From: Geosiphon pyriformis uo1
Lineage: Eukaryota > Fungi > Glomeromycota
DNA: 49,752 nucleotides
Direction: 5' to 3'
Assembly: GCA_016748015.1 (NCBI GenBank)
Contig: JAAOMT010000029.1
Coordinates: forward strand, 14,181 to 63,932
Position 1 is the stretch's first letter; each line of letters begins with the position of its first letter. Of the stretch, positions 48,748-49,752 are shown one piece after another. Under the pieces are notes generated by a model. That model had not been told where the DNA came from and ran no database searches. It was given only the letters and a program-made list of their open reading frames with translations. Made by a program: the position numbers and the translations under genes.

Positions 48748-49752
48748 ATGATTCACTCTATGAAAACTCCAGATTTATTGAGACTACTTTTATTTATCAC
48801 TTTACTTTCGATTTTTAACGAAAACACATTAGCATACCGCAATTTCTCATACACTGAGAAGGAAACAGGGAAAATTGGGATATTTCCAGGGGATTCTGGT
48901 TCTTTTGATGATGGGACCATAATGTTCAGACTTGCTAAAAGGGGAAAGAGTGATGACTGTGTTGATCCATTAATAAGAATTCGCTTGATACGACCAAATG
49001 GAAAAGTTGTTACAATTACAGTACAATCCCATATCCCAGAATTTAATTTCTGCCAAAACATTCTTCCANNNNNNNNNNNNNNNNNNNNCAATTTACTAAT
49101 CCGTAAGTTTAGACTGGTTTAAAATAAAAATGTAAATATGTCTTTTTGAAAGTAATTTCACTTGTATTTTGTATAGTGATCCTGATGGAAAAGTAAAAGT
49201 TCTTCGAAATCAGACATTGAATTTGACCTATACAGGCGCTAAAATATTTTGCACGCTTTATGGTTCATATGCATTAGCTTATACAAGGAATAATACCCAC
49301 AATATCACAAACCTTTCAGACAAGCTAGATACACAATTATCATCTCATGTCACATTTCTACGACCTGAATTAAAAAATTTTGGGAGAATTCACTCTCTGG
49401 CAAACCTCAATACCGCTGGATTCCTTTCAGATAACTTCTTGTTTTTTTGATCACTTCGAACCAGGCTCTTTTTGCATTCTAAAAATTCAAATGAAGGCAG
49501 AAAATAAGAATTCTAAAGGGCCTTTAATTTTCCTTAAAATTTCCTTTCTCTCGACTGGGGCGACATATGGAGTCATGAATTTAAGCCAAATGGTAAATCT
49601 GGAGACATATTATGTATTGCTCTCCAGGAGGGTGGATATTTATATATTATGGCAATAACCAATACTAGTTTTATAAGTTTTAATGTCTATGATCAAGACA
49701 TCAAGCTTAATGCAACCGCTCAGGACATTTTTCCAAATCAAAATTTCACTGT
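48748..49752 (+). pseudogene. 5' part of a signal-peptide-bearing Glomeromycotina-type membrane/secreted family gene; interrupted by a gap and two frameshifts, runs off the window
   Basis: Signal peptide LLRLLLFITLLSIFNENTLA; motifs FSYTE, FDDGTIMFRL, CVDPLIRIRLIRPNGKV, IPEFNFC. Downstream coding continues in shifting frames: CTLYGSYALAY...FLRPE / EFTLWQTS...LKISFLSTGA / IALQEGGYLY. It could be an intact gene with assembly errors. Confidence 0.6.
49069..49088. other. Assembly gap (20 N)
   Basis: Run of N. Confidence 1.

Noticed and set aside
1-49752. CRISPR arrays, tRNA or rRNA genes
   Set aside because: No regularly spaced direct repeats or recognisable structural RNA genes were seen by eye; tRNAscan/Infernal were not run.

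Overview
AT-rich, intron-containing fungal genomic DNA. The gene-family mix (Sel1-repeat proteins, a large TRP-like channel with an ISPNG...AIIDFKW...FWISGRWD signature, a 'DDGT...IRPNG...FNFC' secreted/membrane family) points to Glomeromycotina (arbuscular-mycorrhizal fungi or relatives); this is an inference. I can support 11 apparently intact protein genes: two intronless Sel1-repeat genes, Vip1-like RRM, CNNM/Mam3, a small secreted Kre9/KNH-like protein, a TRP-like channel, a DHA1 MFS transporter, a class-3 lipase-like protein, App1-like phosphatidate phosphatase, a Ste6-like ABCB exporter and an SLC35F transporter. There is also a partial frameshifted gene at the right edge, an inverted Sel1 pseudogene copy, a Tc1/mariner relic, a probable heavily AT-decayed Ty3/Gypsy relic, and a 20-N gap. 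The most notable hidden element, missed as a gene by the ORF track, is a frameshifted Fanzor2 / IS607-TnpB-type RNA-guided nuclease relic on the minus strand at ~415-1270. It shows RuvC-I 'LDPGFRT', the rearranged catalytic Glu in 'QNEAYASKTC' and a Zn-finger remnant. Exon boundaries and pseudogene translations were read by hand; no database search was run.
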